In this document: one piece after another, positions 13,050-24,389 of the stretch
How positions within the stretch are numbered: the stretch's first letter is position 1
Layout: the number at the start of each line of letters is the position of its first letter
Assembly: GCF_018350175.1 (NCBI RefSeq)
Contig: NC_058369.1
Coordinates: forward strand, 10,108,001-10,172,000
Reading direction: 5' to 3'
Length of the DNA: 64,000 nucleotides
Source: Felis catus
Taxonomy: Eukaryota
Made by a program: the position numbers and the translations under genes
Notes under the pieces: model-generated
Seen by the model: only the letters and a program-made list of their open reading frames with translations
Databases searched by the model: none
Told to the model about the DNA's origin: nothing

Positions 13050-14364
13050 AATCTTCATTCATCTTTGAGAGAGAGAGAGAGAGAGAGAGCGCACAAAGCA
13101 GGGGAGCAAGGGGCAGAGAGAATGGAAGACAGAGGATCCAAAGGGGGCTCTGCAGCCCAATGCAGGGCTCGAACTCACGAACTGTGAGATCATGACCTGA
13201 GCCAAAGTCAGACACTTAACCGACTGAGCCACCCAGGTGCCCCTACCATCATCACCATTTTTAAGTGGTGGCCTTAAGGCACATTCACACTGCTGTGCGG
13301 TCATCAGGGCTGTCTGTCTCCAGAACCCCATCCAACTTGTAAATCTGAAACTCTGTCCCCTTTAAACACTAGCTCTCCATTCTGCCTCCCGCCGGCCGCG
13401 GACCCCCAACATCCTACTTTTCTGTCTCCATAATTTTTATACACTAAGTCCTCATATAACTGGAATCACAAGTATTTGTCCTTTGGTGTCTGGCTTATTT
13501 CACTGAGCACAATGTCCTCGGGGCTCATCTGTGTTGTAGCACACGTCAGAATTCGCTTCCTTTTTAAGGCTGAATCGCATTCCCTTGTATGAATACCCCA
13601 CATTCTGTTTACCCATTCATCTGTTGAAGGGCACTTGGGTCGCTTCCACACTTCGGTTACTGTGAATGACGCAGCTTGTAAGGAGGGCGCCCGGCTGGCT
13701 CAGTCAGACCAGCACGTGACTCTTGATCTCGGGGCCGTGAGTTCAAGCCCCATGCTGGGTGTCGAGATTTCTAAAAATAAATAAATAAACTTTTTTTTTT
13801 TTTAAGTAATGCTGCCGTGAACATGGGTGTGTAAATATCTCTTCAACACCCGGCTCTCATTTGTTGAGGGGGTACATACCGAGAAGTGTGATCGCTAAAT
13901 CAGTTGTAGGTATGCCTTTAAATCCAGTGAGGCCTGGGGTGCCTGGGTGGCTCAGTCAGTTAAGCATCCAACTTTGGCTCAGGTCATGATCTCATGATCG
14001 CATGATCTCACAGCACGTGAGTTCAAGCCCTGCATGGGGCCCTGTGCTGACAGCTCAGAACCTGGAAACTGCTTCAGATTCTGTGTCTCCCTCTCTCTCT
14101 GCCCTTCTTCCCACTTGCACAAAAAAAAAAAAAAAAAAAAAAAAATCCAGTGTGGCCTACTGTGTGCCCAGAGTGCCTCAGTTCAAGACTGAGGGCATGG
14201 GACACCTGGGTGGCTCAGTCAGTGAAGCGTCCAACTTCGGCTCAGGTCATGATCTCACGGTTCGTGGGTTCGAGCCCTGCGTCGGGTTCTGTGCTGACAG
14301 TTCAGAGCCTGGAGCCTGTTTCAGATTCTGTGTCTCCCTCTTTCTCTGACCCTCCCCTGTTCAT

Positions 14365-14400
<36 letters not shown>

Positions 14401-14430
14401 AAAAATAAATAAACGTTAAAAAAAAAAAAA
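13050..14430. mobile_element. Old L1M fragment (-, ~13245-13915) plus CAN-SINEs at ~13050-13243(-), 13686-13790(+, short type), 13936-14145(+), 14199-14430(+)
   Basis: tggcttatttcactgagcacaatgtcctc...ttttaaggctgaat...cccattcatctgttga L1 antisense; SINE heads and tails with TSDs aaatccagtg and aagactgagggca. Confidence 0.85.
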
Positions 14431-14682
14431 AGACTGAGGGCAGAGCAATGAACAAAACGGACAGAGGCCCCTGTCCTCCAAGAGCCAGTGGCCCTGCGGG
14501 GAAAGGCAGGCAATGAATCAGTTAAATAAAATCCAAGGTGATAAGTTCCACAAGGAAAATAAAGCAGGGGAGGTGAATGGCAGCGCTGGCATGGGGGTGC
14601 AGATTCAATGGGGTGGCCAGGGAAGGCCTCACGCAGGAAGAAAGTGACTTTTGAGCAAAGACCTGAAGGAAGTAAGAGAGTG

Positions 14683-15275
14683 GGATTAGTTATCTACTGC
14701 TGCATAAGCAATTACCCCAAAATCTAGAGGCTTGAAACCACATGGATGATCTTACGGGTCTGTGGGTCAAGAATCTGGGTGCTGCTCAGCCGGTCGTCTA
14801 GCCCAGGGTCTCTCCAGAGGGTGCAGTCAAGGCTCCCCTGGGGGTGTGGCCGTCTCAAGGCTCCCCCTGGGGTGTGGTCATCTCAAGGCTCCCCCTGGGG
14901 TGTGGTCAGCTTGCAAGCACACACAGGGGGCTGTTGGCAAAATTCCGTTCCTCCCCGGCTATTAGCTGAAGGCTACTCTCTGTTCTTTGCCACCTAGACC
15001 CCTCCACGGGACGGCTCACATCTTGGTCACTGGCTTCATCAGGGCAGGCAAGTGAGAAGAAAAGAGAGAATACTAGTAACGGGGACAGCCCAGCAGGACA
15101 GAAGTCACAGTCTTATAACCTAATCTTGAAAATGACATACCACCCACTTCGGCCACATCCTATAGGTTAGAAGTGAGTGGTCCAGCCCTCCCTCAAGAGG
15201 AGGAAAGTACACAAGGGCATGAAGACCAAGAGGCAGGAACCATGGGAGACCATCTTTGATGCCGCCTACCACAGG
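14683..15275 (-). mobile_element. MLT1-family MaLR LTR containing a 3x28-bp tandem repeat
   Basis: attagttatctactgctgcataagcaattaccccaaaatctagaggcttgaaac terminus; ...ggaaccatgggagaccatctttgatgccgcctaccaca end. Confidence 0.7.
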
Positions 15276-15570
15276 AACTAGGCAGATATCTGGGGGAAGG
15301 GCAGAGGGAATAGCCTGTGCGTGCAAAGGTCCTGAGGCAAGAACAAGTTTGGAGTGTGGTCAGGACAAGAGGGACAGTGCGGGTGGAGCATGGACTGTGG
15401 AAAGGGAGGAGTAGAACAGGAAGGCTGACATTTTCTCTGAGAACAATAAGAAGCCACTGGACTATTTCAAGGCAGGTCACAATGTCATGCGATTTCATTT
15501 TGAGAAGTTTCATATGATACTTACAGAAGCAATAGGTGCCTGGGATTTGCTTTAAAATAGTCCATAAATG

Positions 15571-15810
15571 GGGCACCTGAGTGGCTCAGTCGGTTGAGTG
15601 TCTGACTTCGGCTCAGGTCCTACTCTCACGTTTGTGAGTTCGAGCCCCACATCGGGCTCTGTGCCGACAGCTCAGAGCCTGGAGCCTGCTTCAGATTCTG
15701 TATCTCTCTCCCTCTCCCCCTCCCCTGCTCATGCTCTGCCTCTCTCTGTCTCTCAAAAATAAATAAATGTTAAATTTTTTTTAAATAGTCCATAAATAAA
15801 ATAAAATAAA
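15571..15810 (+). mobile_element. CAN-SINE (TSD aaaatagtccataa) within an old L1 remnant
   Basis: SINE head and tail with a direct-repeat flank. Confidence 0.85.
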
Positions 15811-16049
15811 ATAGTCCATAACAAGAAAAAAAAGTTGGGGGGTGAAAGGTGAAACAAGATGGGCAACACGCGGATCATGACTCAAATCATAGGAGGTTTT
15901 CACACGCTTCTATTTTTGCATGTGTGTGAAGTTTTTCTATAATAAAAAGGGAAGTAATAACACATCATGTATCTGGTTTCGGGGGGGGGACAACAGTGGG
16001 GGATCCTGCGCGGAAGCGGGACAGACATGACTGCCAGAGTCCAGGCTAA

Positions 16050-16560
16050 AAGCCGTCGACATGGCCAAAACTGGATGCTGACAACACCAAGTGTTGACAG
16101 GACAGTGGAGGGACTGGAACTCTCTCATCCGCCGCTGCTGGGTGTAAAACAGTTTGCCACAGGCCTCGGGTCTCATGAAGTCGTGAGCTTCACACACAGC
16201 CCAGCGACCCCACTCCTGGACGTTTCCCCGAGAGGAACGAACACATAACGTCTGCGCAAAGACAGATCTGTTGGCAAACGTTCGCGGCGGCTTCGCTGTG
16301 ATCTCCAAACCGCTGGAAACACCCCAAACGTCCACCAGCAGGGGGGCACAGATGAACAAGCCGAGGTCCGTTCACCCCGCGGCCTGCCAGGCAGCAGTGA
16401 AGGAGGCAAATCTGACAATGTTTGTGGCTGAGAAGCGGCGGGCCCGGCGAAAGAGGCCACCCTGCGCGGTCCCAGGGGCACGAAGTTCCCCAAAAGGCTA
16501 GACTAAGCCGCAGCGATAGAAATCAGAGCAGTGATTGGGGCGGCACAGAGAGAGGGCTGG
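16050..16560 (+). mobile_element. Old L1M ORF2/3' fragment, strongly GC-shifted
   Basis: actggaactctc...cccagcgaccccactcctggacgttt...ctggaaacaccccaaacgtcca follows the recalled L1M motif order gacccagcaattccactcctaggtattt...ctggaaacaacccaaatgtcca. Confidence 0.7.
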
Positions 16561-17230
16561 GACACTTCTGGGACCTTCTGGATGCAAAGGGCGCAGACTC
16601 CGTGGCCTGCGGCCGCCGGGCCCACGCACCTGTCGAGGCGCGCAGGCGTGGGAACCTAGCGGCTGTAAACGGTCTCTCGCCAGGGAAGGCGATGCCAACC
16701 CCGGTGTGAAGGCGGCGGTGTGAGCAGTGGGATTCCGATTTCAGCTCTGAGGCAGAGTCCACAGGCCGTGCAGGCGCCCCTTGCAAGCCCCTGGCCGCCC
16801 CCAGGTAGGGGCGGGGCGGGGCGGGGCGGGGGAAGCCCAGACCTCCGTCCCCCCGCCGGGACGCGCTGGCGGGTCTAAAAGCTTCCCTGCAGCGGCCCAG
16901 GCGGTCGATAGCAGACACCCCGGCTCCCTCCGTCCCGCCTGCCGGGCAGTCCGGCCCCTTCCCGCCAGCCCAGCCCCCGGGGGGCGGGGGGGTTACGGGG
17001 GTGAGGGGGGTGGGGGGCGGCCGGGTGGAGCCCCGCGCCTGGCGCTGGTCCCCCTCCCGCACGCCCCTCCTTCTCCACCCCCTGACACTTGCCCTTGTCC
17101 CAGAGGCTGGAGGCGGGGATGGGGGTGGGGGGCACCAGCCATCCCCGCAGGGGGGTGCGGGGGGACGCCCCTGCCTGTGCCCACTTTTCCCCCCATTGAA
17201 GAGGCCCCGGGAGCCCAGATGGCTTCCTGA
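16560..17230. promoter_or_regulatory. CpG-island-like region with a tandem GC-box array (GGGGC)4 at 16808-16827
   Basis: Visibly high GC and CpG content; Sp/KLF GGGGCGGGG boxes; NRF1-like GCGCAGGCGT at 16640-16649. Confidence 0.65.
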
Positions 17231-17429
17231 AAAGTAGGAGCTGTCTTCCTTCGCCCCTGGCCGAATAAATCTTTGACTTAGAGCCACGTCTTCAGGGGCC
17301 ATTCAGGCTTGGGTTCATTCATTCGTTCATTCACCAAATATTTATTGCGCGTCCAATCCCCCCTGCCCTAGTGGAGTGGACATCCTAGACCGGCGCGGGA
17401 CAACGGATACGACGAAGCCACAGATAAGG

Positions 17430-17730
17430 GCACATGGGTAACTTAAAATTCCCCAGCATCCACGTTTTCAAAAGTGGAAAATAAATAGATGCAATTAATT
17501 GTAATCCTGTATTTTATTTAATACCCCATCTAGGCAAACTATCACCCATCCAACATGCAAATCAATAGAAAAAAAATGATTAATGAGCTATTTTACATCC
17601 TTTTGTCCGTACTAAGTCTTAGAAATCCGGTACGTTTTCCCTTGGAGCAGCCCTCAATTCGGGCTGGTCGTTTTGAAGCACTCAGTAGGTACATGTAGCC
17701 GGTGGTGACCACGTGGGCTGGCACAGGCCA
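17430..17730 (+). mobile_element. MER33-type hAT-Charlie element
   Basis: taacttaaaatt...tattttatttaa...attttacatccttt...tactaagtcttagaaatccggt...gcactcagtaggtacatgtagccggtggtgaccac. Confidence 0.65.
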
Positions 17731-17869
17731 GGAGGATGGCAGGGGGCAGGAGCATGATCTGACTGTTAAGAAAGATCCCTTTGGCTGCTGTGTTAAAATA
17801 AATGGGGAAGAGGCCGTGACTTACCTTGAAATGCGCTAAGAAATGAGGCGCCCGGATAAAACAAGCTAT

Positions 17870-18410
17870 TCATTAGCGCCAAAAAGAAACAAGCTATCAG
17901 GTGAAAAGACAGGGCAGAACCTTAAATGTATATTGCTAAGTGAAAGAAGCCAATCTGAAAAGCCTAGGTACCATGTGATTCCCACTCTATGACATTCTGG
18001 AAAAGGCAAAACTCTGGAGACGTAAAAACACCAGTGCTCGGCGGCGGGGGGGGGGGGGGGGGGGGGGGGGCGCTGGGAGGGATGAACAGGTGGGGCACAG
18101 AGGATTTTTAGGGCAGTGAAAATACCCTGTGTGTGTGACGATAATGGTGGACAGAGGTCATTCTCCATTTGTCCAAAGCCACAAAACACACAGCACCCAG
18201 AGTGAACTGTAAGTTATGGACTTGAGTGGTTAGGAAGGGTCAGTGTGGGTTCATCAATTGCAACAAATGTACCCTCAGGTGGGGATGGTGATGACGGGGG
18301 AGGCTGTGCATCGGCAGGGACAGAGGGCACATGGGAAATATCTGTGCCTTTGCCGCAAGTTCGCTGTGAACCTAAAACCGCTCTAAAGGCAATTAAATTC
18401 TTAATTCACA
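17870..18410 (+). mobile_element. L1MC-type 3' fragment with an internal poly-G run (~18046-18071)
   Basis: gaaccttaaatgtatattgctaagtgaaagaagccaatctgaaaag...ctgtgaacctaaaaccgctcta. Confidence 0.8.
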
Positions 18411-18569
18411 AAAATGTTAATGAGGTGGGTGGATAGATGGAGAGAAGGACAGATAATGACAAATCAAGCCAGATGTCAACTGTAGACGCCAAGTGATGGG
18501 TGTTCAGCAGACAATTCTTTCCATTTGTCTGTACATTTGACATTTACGCTAAATCGTGGGAGAATAGAG

Positions 18570-19465
18570 TGTATTCATTTCCTGTGGCTGCTGTCACAAA
18601 CGGCCACAGACTAGGGGGCTCACCACAACAGGATTCTTATTCTCTCAAAGTTCTGGAGGCCAGAAGTCTGAAATCAAGGTGTCTTCGGGGCCACGTCCAT
18701 CGAAGGCCGTAGGGGAGGATCCTTCCAGGCCTCTTCTGGCTCCTGGGGGTCCCGTGTGCCCTGACTTGTGGCCCCATCATCCCGATCTCTGCCTCTCTCT
18801 TCACACGGCCTTTCCCCTCTTGTTTTTTAATTTTTTTTTTTTAACGTTTATTTATTTTTGACAGAGAGACAGAGCGTGAGCAGGGGAGGGGCAGAGAGAG
18901 AGGGAGACACAGAAACTGAAACAGGCTCCAGGATCCGAGCTGTCAGCACAGAGCCCGATGCAGGGCTCGAACTCACGAACGACAAGATCATGATGTGAAC
19001 TGGCATCCGAGGCTCAACCGACTGAGCCATCCAGTTCCCTGGCCTTTTCTTCTTCTGTCTCTTATAAGAACACTTGCCAGTGATTTAGGCTCACCTGTAT
19101 AATCCAGGATGCTCTTACATTGTTCCTATCTTAATTCTGCAAAGACCCTATTTTCAAATAAGACCACATTCACCGGGCGCCTGGGTGGCTCAGTCGGTTA
19201 AGCAGTTAAGCGTCAGAATCCTGACTTCAGCTCAGGTCATGATGTCACAGTTCATGAATTCGAGCCCCCCATCGGGCTCTGCACTGACAGCATGGAGCCT
19301 GCTTGGGATTGTCTCTCCTTCTCTCTCTGCCCCGTGCCTTCTCTCTCTCTCTCTCTCTCTCAAACGTAAATAAATAAACTTAAAAAAAAAAAAAAGACCA
19401 CATTCACATGATCCAAGGGTTAGGATTTGGACATATCTTTTTGGAGGCACAATTCAACCCACAAC
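18570..19465 (-). mobile_element. MLT1C-type MaLR LTR with two CAN-SINEs (~18830-19040 -, 19175-19395 +)
   Basis: ttcctgtggctgctgtcacaaa...gttctggaggccagaagtctgaaatcaaggtgtc...gggttaggatttggacatatctttttgg. Confidence 0.8.
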
Positions 19466-20837
19466 CCATGAGGCCACGTCTCACGAATCAGCCGTGGGAC
19501 CCCAGCACGTGGCACAGCCTCTCTGAGCCCGTGTCAGCGGCACACAGTAGGTGCTCAATAAACAGAAGCTATTGTTTCCATCATCCCCAGGGCCTCTCCT
19601 GGCAGGTGGTCCACTTGTAAGCAGCCTCTGGGAGCCAGACTTCATGTTGCCAGAGCATCAGGAACAGGGTCTGGTGCCATCTGGAGGAGAGGGCCGTGTC
19701 CTAGCGGATGGCCCAGGCTCTGGCATCGGAAGGACAAGGGTTTAAATCCCCGTCTCACCACCCGAAAAACACGGTGACCTTGGGCAGGTGGCTTTGAACC
19801 TCTGAGCCTCAATTTCCTCATTTGTAATGGGAGAGGGATGCCGTTCATTTACTTAGCAAATATTTACTGAGTATCTACTATATGGCAGGAGCTGAGCGTG
19901 AAGGGTGGGGATAGCGTCGAACAAGAGGGACGAGGTCTGTCCTCAGCGGGGAGCTGAGTGATAAAAACAAGAAATGTGCTATTTAGAGAATTTAAATGAG
20001 CTGATGGGTTGCTGTAAACAGGTCAGTAGAGAGGGCTTCCCGGAGGAGGTGATATTAACTGGAGTCTAAATGACAAGAAGGAGCTGGCTATGTGAGAACC
20101 ATCGGGAAGGGCGTTCCAGGCAGAGGGAAAGGCAAAGGCCAACGATGGCAGTCCTGGTTCCAAGGCTGGGATGATGGACTCAGTCATTTTTTCATCCACT
20201 TATCCGTCCAACAAATGGGTGTTCAGCACCGCTCACTGTCCGCAGACAGAACCGTGAGCGAAGAACAAGGAGTTCCTGGCCCACGGCGAAATACTCAGTA
20301 AATGTCAGCAACTACTGATGGTCAGTATATTTGGGGATCTCTCGGAATCCCCCCTTCTCAGTGCGCTTCCCTGAGGGAAACACCTCTGCCCACGACCTTC
20401 CCTCCGGAGTAAAAATGACTTCCCTGTTTTTATTCTGGTTGTAAGAGGACGCGTACCAGGGACAAAGAGAGAGAAATACCTGGGTTCTCACCTCGCCGAA
20501 GAAAAGTATGGTTAGCTCAAAGGGCATCTTTCTGGATGTTTCTCTGGGCGTGCAGGCGTGTGTGTGCAGACACACACAGGTATGCACACACACGTGCACA
20601 CAGGCCTACGAACGCCTACGTATGTGCACATGCTGGCAGTCATGCATACACAATGCACACACAGAAGCATGCAAACATGAGTGCATTCACACCCACAGAT
20701 GCTTGTGGACCCGTGCACTCGTGCATGCAAACACACGTGCAAACACGTGCATGTACATGGGACCAGGGTTAGGGTGAAGTGAGGCCGATCTTTGAAACCA
20801 CGGCCAGTCCTGGCTGTATTTGAAAATGTGGTGCTTT

Positions 20838-21720
20838 GGGGCGTCTGGGTGGCTCAGTCGGTTAAGCGTCCGACTTCGGCTCAGGTCACGATCTCGCGGT
20901 TCATGAGTTCGAGCCCCGCGTTGGGCTCTGGGCCAACAGCTCGGAGCCTGGAGCCTGCTTCAGATTCTGTGGCTCCCCCTCTCTCTGCCCCTCCCCTACT
21001 CATACTCTGCCTCTCTCTGTCTCTCAAAAATAAATAAATGGGGGCACTTGGGTGGCTCAGTCGGTTAAGCGTCCGACTTGGGCTCAGGTCATGATCTCAT
21101 GGCTTCTGGGTTCGAGCCCTGCGTCAGGCTCTGTGCTGACGGCTCAGAGCCTGGAGCCTGTTTCAGATTCTGTGTCTCCCTCTCTCTCTCTCTGCCCCTC
21201 CCTTGCTCATGTTCTGTCTCTCTCTGTCTCTGTCTCTCTCAAAAACAAACATTAAAAAAATTTTTTTAGGGGCGCCTGGGTGGCTCAGTCGGTTAAGCGT
21301 CCGACTTCGGCTCAGGTCACGATCTCACCGTCCGTGAGTTTGAGCCCCGCGTCGGGCTCTGCGCTGACGGCTCAGAGCCTGGAGCCTGTTTCAGATTCTG
21401 TGTGTCTCTCTCTCTCTGCCCTTCCCCCGTTCATGCTCTGTCTCTGTCTCAGAAATAAATAACCGTTAAAATTTTTTTTTAATTTTTTTAAAATTTATCT
21501 TGGGGCGCCTGGGTGGCACAGTCAGTTAAGCGTCCGACTTCAGCCAGGTCACGATCTCGCGGTCCAGGAGTTCAAGCCCCGCATCAGGCTCTGGGCTGAT
21601 GGCTCGGAGCCTGGAGCCTGTTTCCGATTCTGTGTCTCCCTCTCTCTCTGCCCCTCCCCCGTTCATGCTCTGTCTCTCTCTGTCCCAAAAATAAATAAAC
21701 GTTGAAAAAAAAAAATTTTT
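20838..21720 (+). mobile_element. Array of four head-to-tail CAN-SINEs
   Basis: Heads at ~20838, 21040, 21269 and 21502; the last is flanked by TSD aatttatcttg. Confidence 0.92.
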
Positions 21721-22435
21721 TTAATTTATCTTGATGGTGGAGTTTTCTGACACCCCCTTAGACTTTGCTCCTCACTTGCCACTCCTTCATCTCAACCCTG
21801 GTGTGCACACACACGTGTACATGCTCACATACCTGCGTGCACATGCCTGTATGCACACGCTTATGCACATGCATGCACACATGCGCACGAGTTCTCACAC
21901 ACACGCCACAACCCACTAACGGGTGTGAAGTCGAACCAGTTGGTCAGAACCATCAGTCACCCTGCCCCCCCCCCCAGTCCTTTCTCCCAGTTGCTACATA
22001 GGAGTCCAGTGACATCAACCAGAGCCTTGAAGAGAAAAATACTGTATTTGTGAGAACGACCTGCCTCTCAAAAATGGAACAGAAGAGAATAGAAAATATC
22101 AGAACTCAGTGCACAGAAATAGGATAAATATACTTCGGGAAACTTTTCTTCAGTTCTGAACCGGGGTAAGACTGCCTTGCATTGTGAAAAATTAATGCTC
22201 TGATGCATGGTCAAAATGCTTGAAATACGTGGCTGCATATGACGTTTGAAACCTTTGTTCTTTTTGTTCCTCTCTCTTCTTTTTTTGAAGTCCCATGTTT
22301 ATTACGGCATACCCCAAAACTGAACCCGGCTGGGTCCCTGAATATCCGTTTGGAAGAAATTCAGCAGTCACTTGGTATTTGAGAAGCCTGTGTTTAGGTT
22401 TTATATGAAGTAAATCTAAATTTGTACAATGTTCA

Positions 22436-22662
22436 GGGGCACCTGGGTGGCGCAGTCGGTTAAGCGTCCGACTTCAGCCAGGTCACGATCTCGCGGTCCG
22501 GGAGTTCGAGCCCCGCGTCAGGCTCTGGGCTGATGGCTCAGAGCCTGGAGCCTGTTTCCGATTCTGTGTCTTCCTCTCTCTCTGCCCCTCCCCCGTTCAT
22601 GCTCTGTCTCTCTCTGTCCCAAAAAAAATAAATAAACGTTGAAAAAAAAATGAAAAAAAAAA
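22436..22662 (+). mobile_element. Young cat-type CAN-SINE with a perfect 19-bp TSD (another SINE at ~22816-23040)
   Basis: taaatttgtacaatgttca at 22417-22435 and 22663-22681. Confidence 0.93.
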
Positions 22663-24389
22663 TAAATTTGTACAATGTTCAAACAATTGATATTTTCACA
22701 CATATCTGTTATAGCACCTACATTCAATTTAAAGATGTCTTATGTAAACCTGGAATATCATATATCACATTTATCTGTATTCAACATTTACGTGTTAAAT
22801 AGATAGCCATTATAGGGGCTCCTGGGTGGCTCAGTCGGTTAGGCGCCGACTTCGGCTCAGGTCACGATCTCGCAGTTCGTAGGTTCCAGCCCCGCGTCGG
22901 GCTCTGTGCTGACAGCTCGGAGCCTGGAGCCTGCTTCCTATTCTGTGTCTCCCTCTCTCTCTGCCCCTCCCCTGCTCACACTCTGTGCGTGTCTCTCTCT
23001 CTCAACAATAAACACTAACAAATAATTTTAAAAAAATATACGGCCGTTATTTCGTTTGAGGCGTGAGGTGTGAGGTCACACGATATCAACGAATGTACGT
23101 TTGCTCATTTTCATTTTCTGCTATTTATTTAATCAACCTCGTAGAGACGGACACTTTCCTTGTCTTCCAGCTTTCCTTAAGGGTTTTCATCGCGGTGTAG
23201 TAACAGCGAGGCGCTGAGCATTTCATGGAGTCCTCACGATGTGCCCAATGTACAGGTGAGAACATGGCGGCTCTGTGGCATTAATTTACGTGCCTGAGAG
23301 CACACAGCTCACAGATGGCAGCACCAGGATTGGAACCCCAGCCGTCTGATTATGGGGCTCTTAACCAGCCTGCATGACACTTAGATCTTTGCATGTTCCC
23401 AGAAATGGAGCTCCTGCTGGGTCGGAGAGTTCACACAATTAAATGTTTAACACAAACATCTGGACCGCCCTCCATGAGGGTTGTATCATTCTGCACTCCC
23501 ATAAGGGTGCGCAGGTGTGCATCCCCCAAACTTCACACATGCTGATAAGCTTGACAAATAAAAATGAGTCTTTAGCGGATAAATTGTCAAATTGTGCATC
23601 CTTGCAAGGGGTTTGTTGACTTTGTATTATTCTTCTGTGAGCCTTTTATTTATGACCTGTGCCCATTTCACCCGTGGGATATTTGTCTTTTTCCTATTGA
23701 TTCATAAGTGCTCTTTGTATATTAAGGTTCTTAGCGCTTTGTCTGCCATATACGTGGCCAAGAATCTACTCTAGGACCACTTGACCTGGGACCACTTTGA
23801 AGGCCACACAGGTCTGTTTTGATTACCCATCTGGCCTCAATGAATGTTTTTGTCCTGACGTGTCTTTGCTGCAGGCTGTGTTTTACTGGTGCCTCCAGAA
23901 GCAAAAGGGGAGACCCTGCGGTCTTATAAACCTCAGTCTTATCCAAACTGACATTTGAACAACACCTCAGCTTTCCATGGCAAGAAAGTTCAAGCCTAGG
24001 AGTCAGGAGCCCCACCTTTCTGCCCCAACTGCAATGACTGACTGGGCTTCTTCCTCCAGGTTCAGTCAGAGGTGTTGCGAATTCTGTCCCACCCGGGGCG
24101 GTCCAGCCACGCCCACCTCCTCCAAGCCACGCCCACCTCCTACAGTAGAGCGGAAGTGGCAGACAGAAGAGGTTTGAGTGGCATCTCAAGCATGGTCTGG
24201 GAGACTGTATGAGGGGCAGGCAGGCAGGAGGGGTCCCCGGCCTCCATGGCTGGCAACCCCTTGGTGCCCCCAGCACCCTCCACATAAAGGAAAGAAGGCC
24301 CCGCCTCCTTGGGCCTGCCTACTCTTCTCACCCACTTTTTTTTTTTTTTTTTGACAATTTGGGTGGGAGTGGGACCAAGGTGTCGGTGT

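Noticed and set aside
13686..13790. tRNA-Lys-like sequence (also 63713-63800)
   Set aside because: Short tRNA-derived CAN-SINE with A-rich tail and degenerate stems; not a tRNA gene.
14827..14909. CRISPR-like 28-bp repeats
   Set aside because: No spacers, and eukaryotic context; a plain tandem repeat.
16523..17302. 259-aa minus-strand ORF over the CpG island
   Set aside because: Pro/Gly/Arg low-complexity product typical of stop-poor GC-rich DNA; no recognisable domain.
18046..18071. Long poly-G run (also ~8964-8984, 30771-30791, 63220-63236) as functional G-quadruplexes
   Set aside because: Homopolymer lengths are unreliable in assemblies, and nothing in the sequence indicates function.
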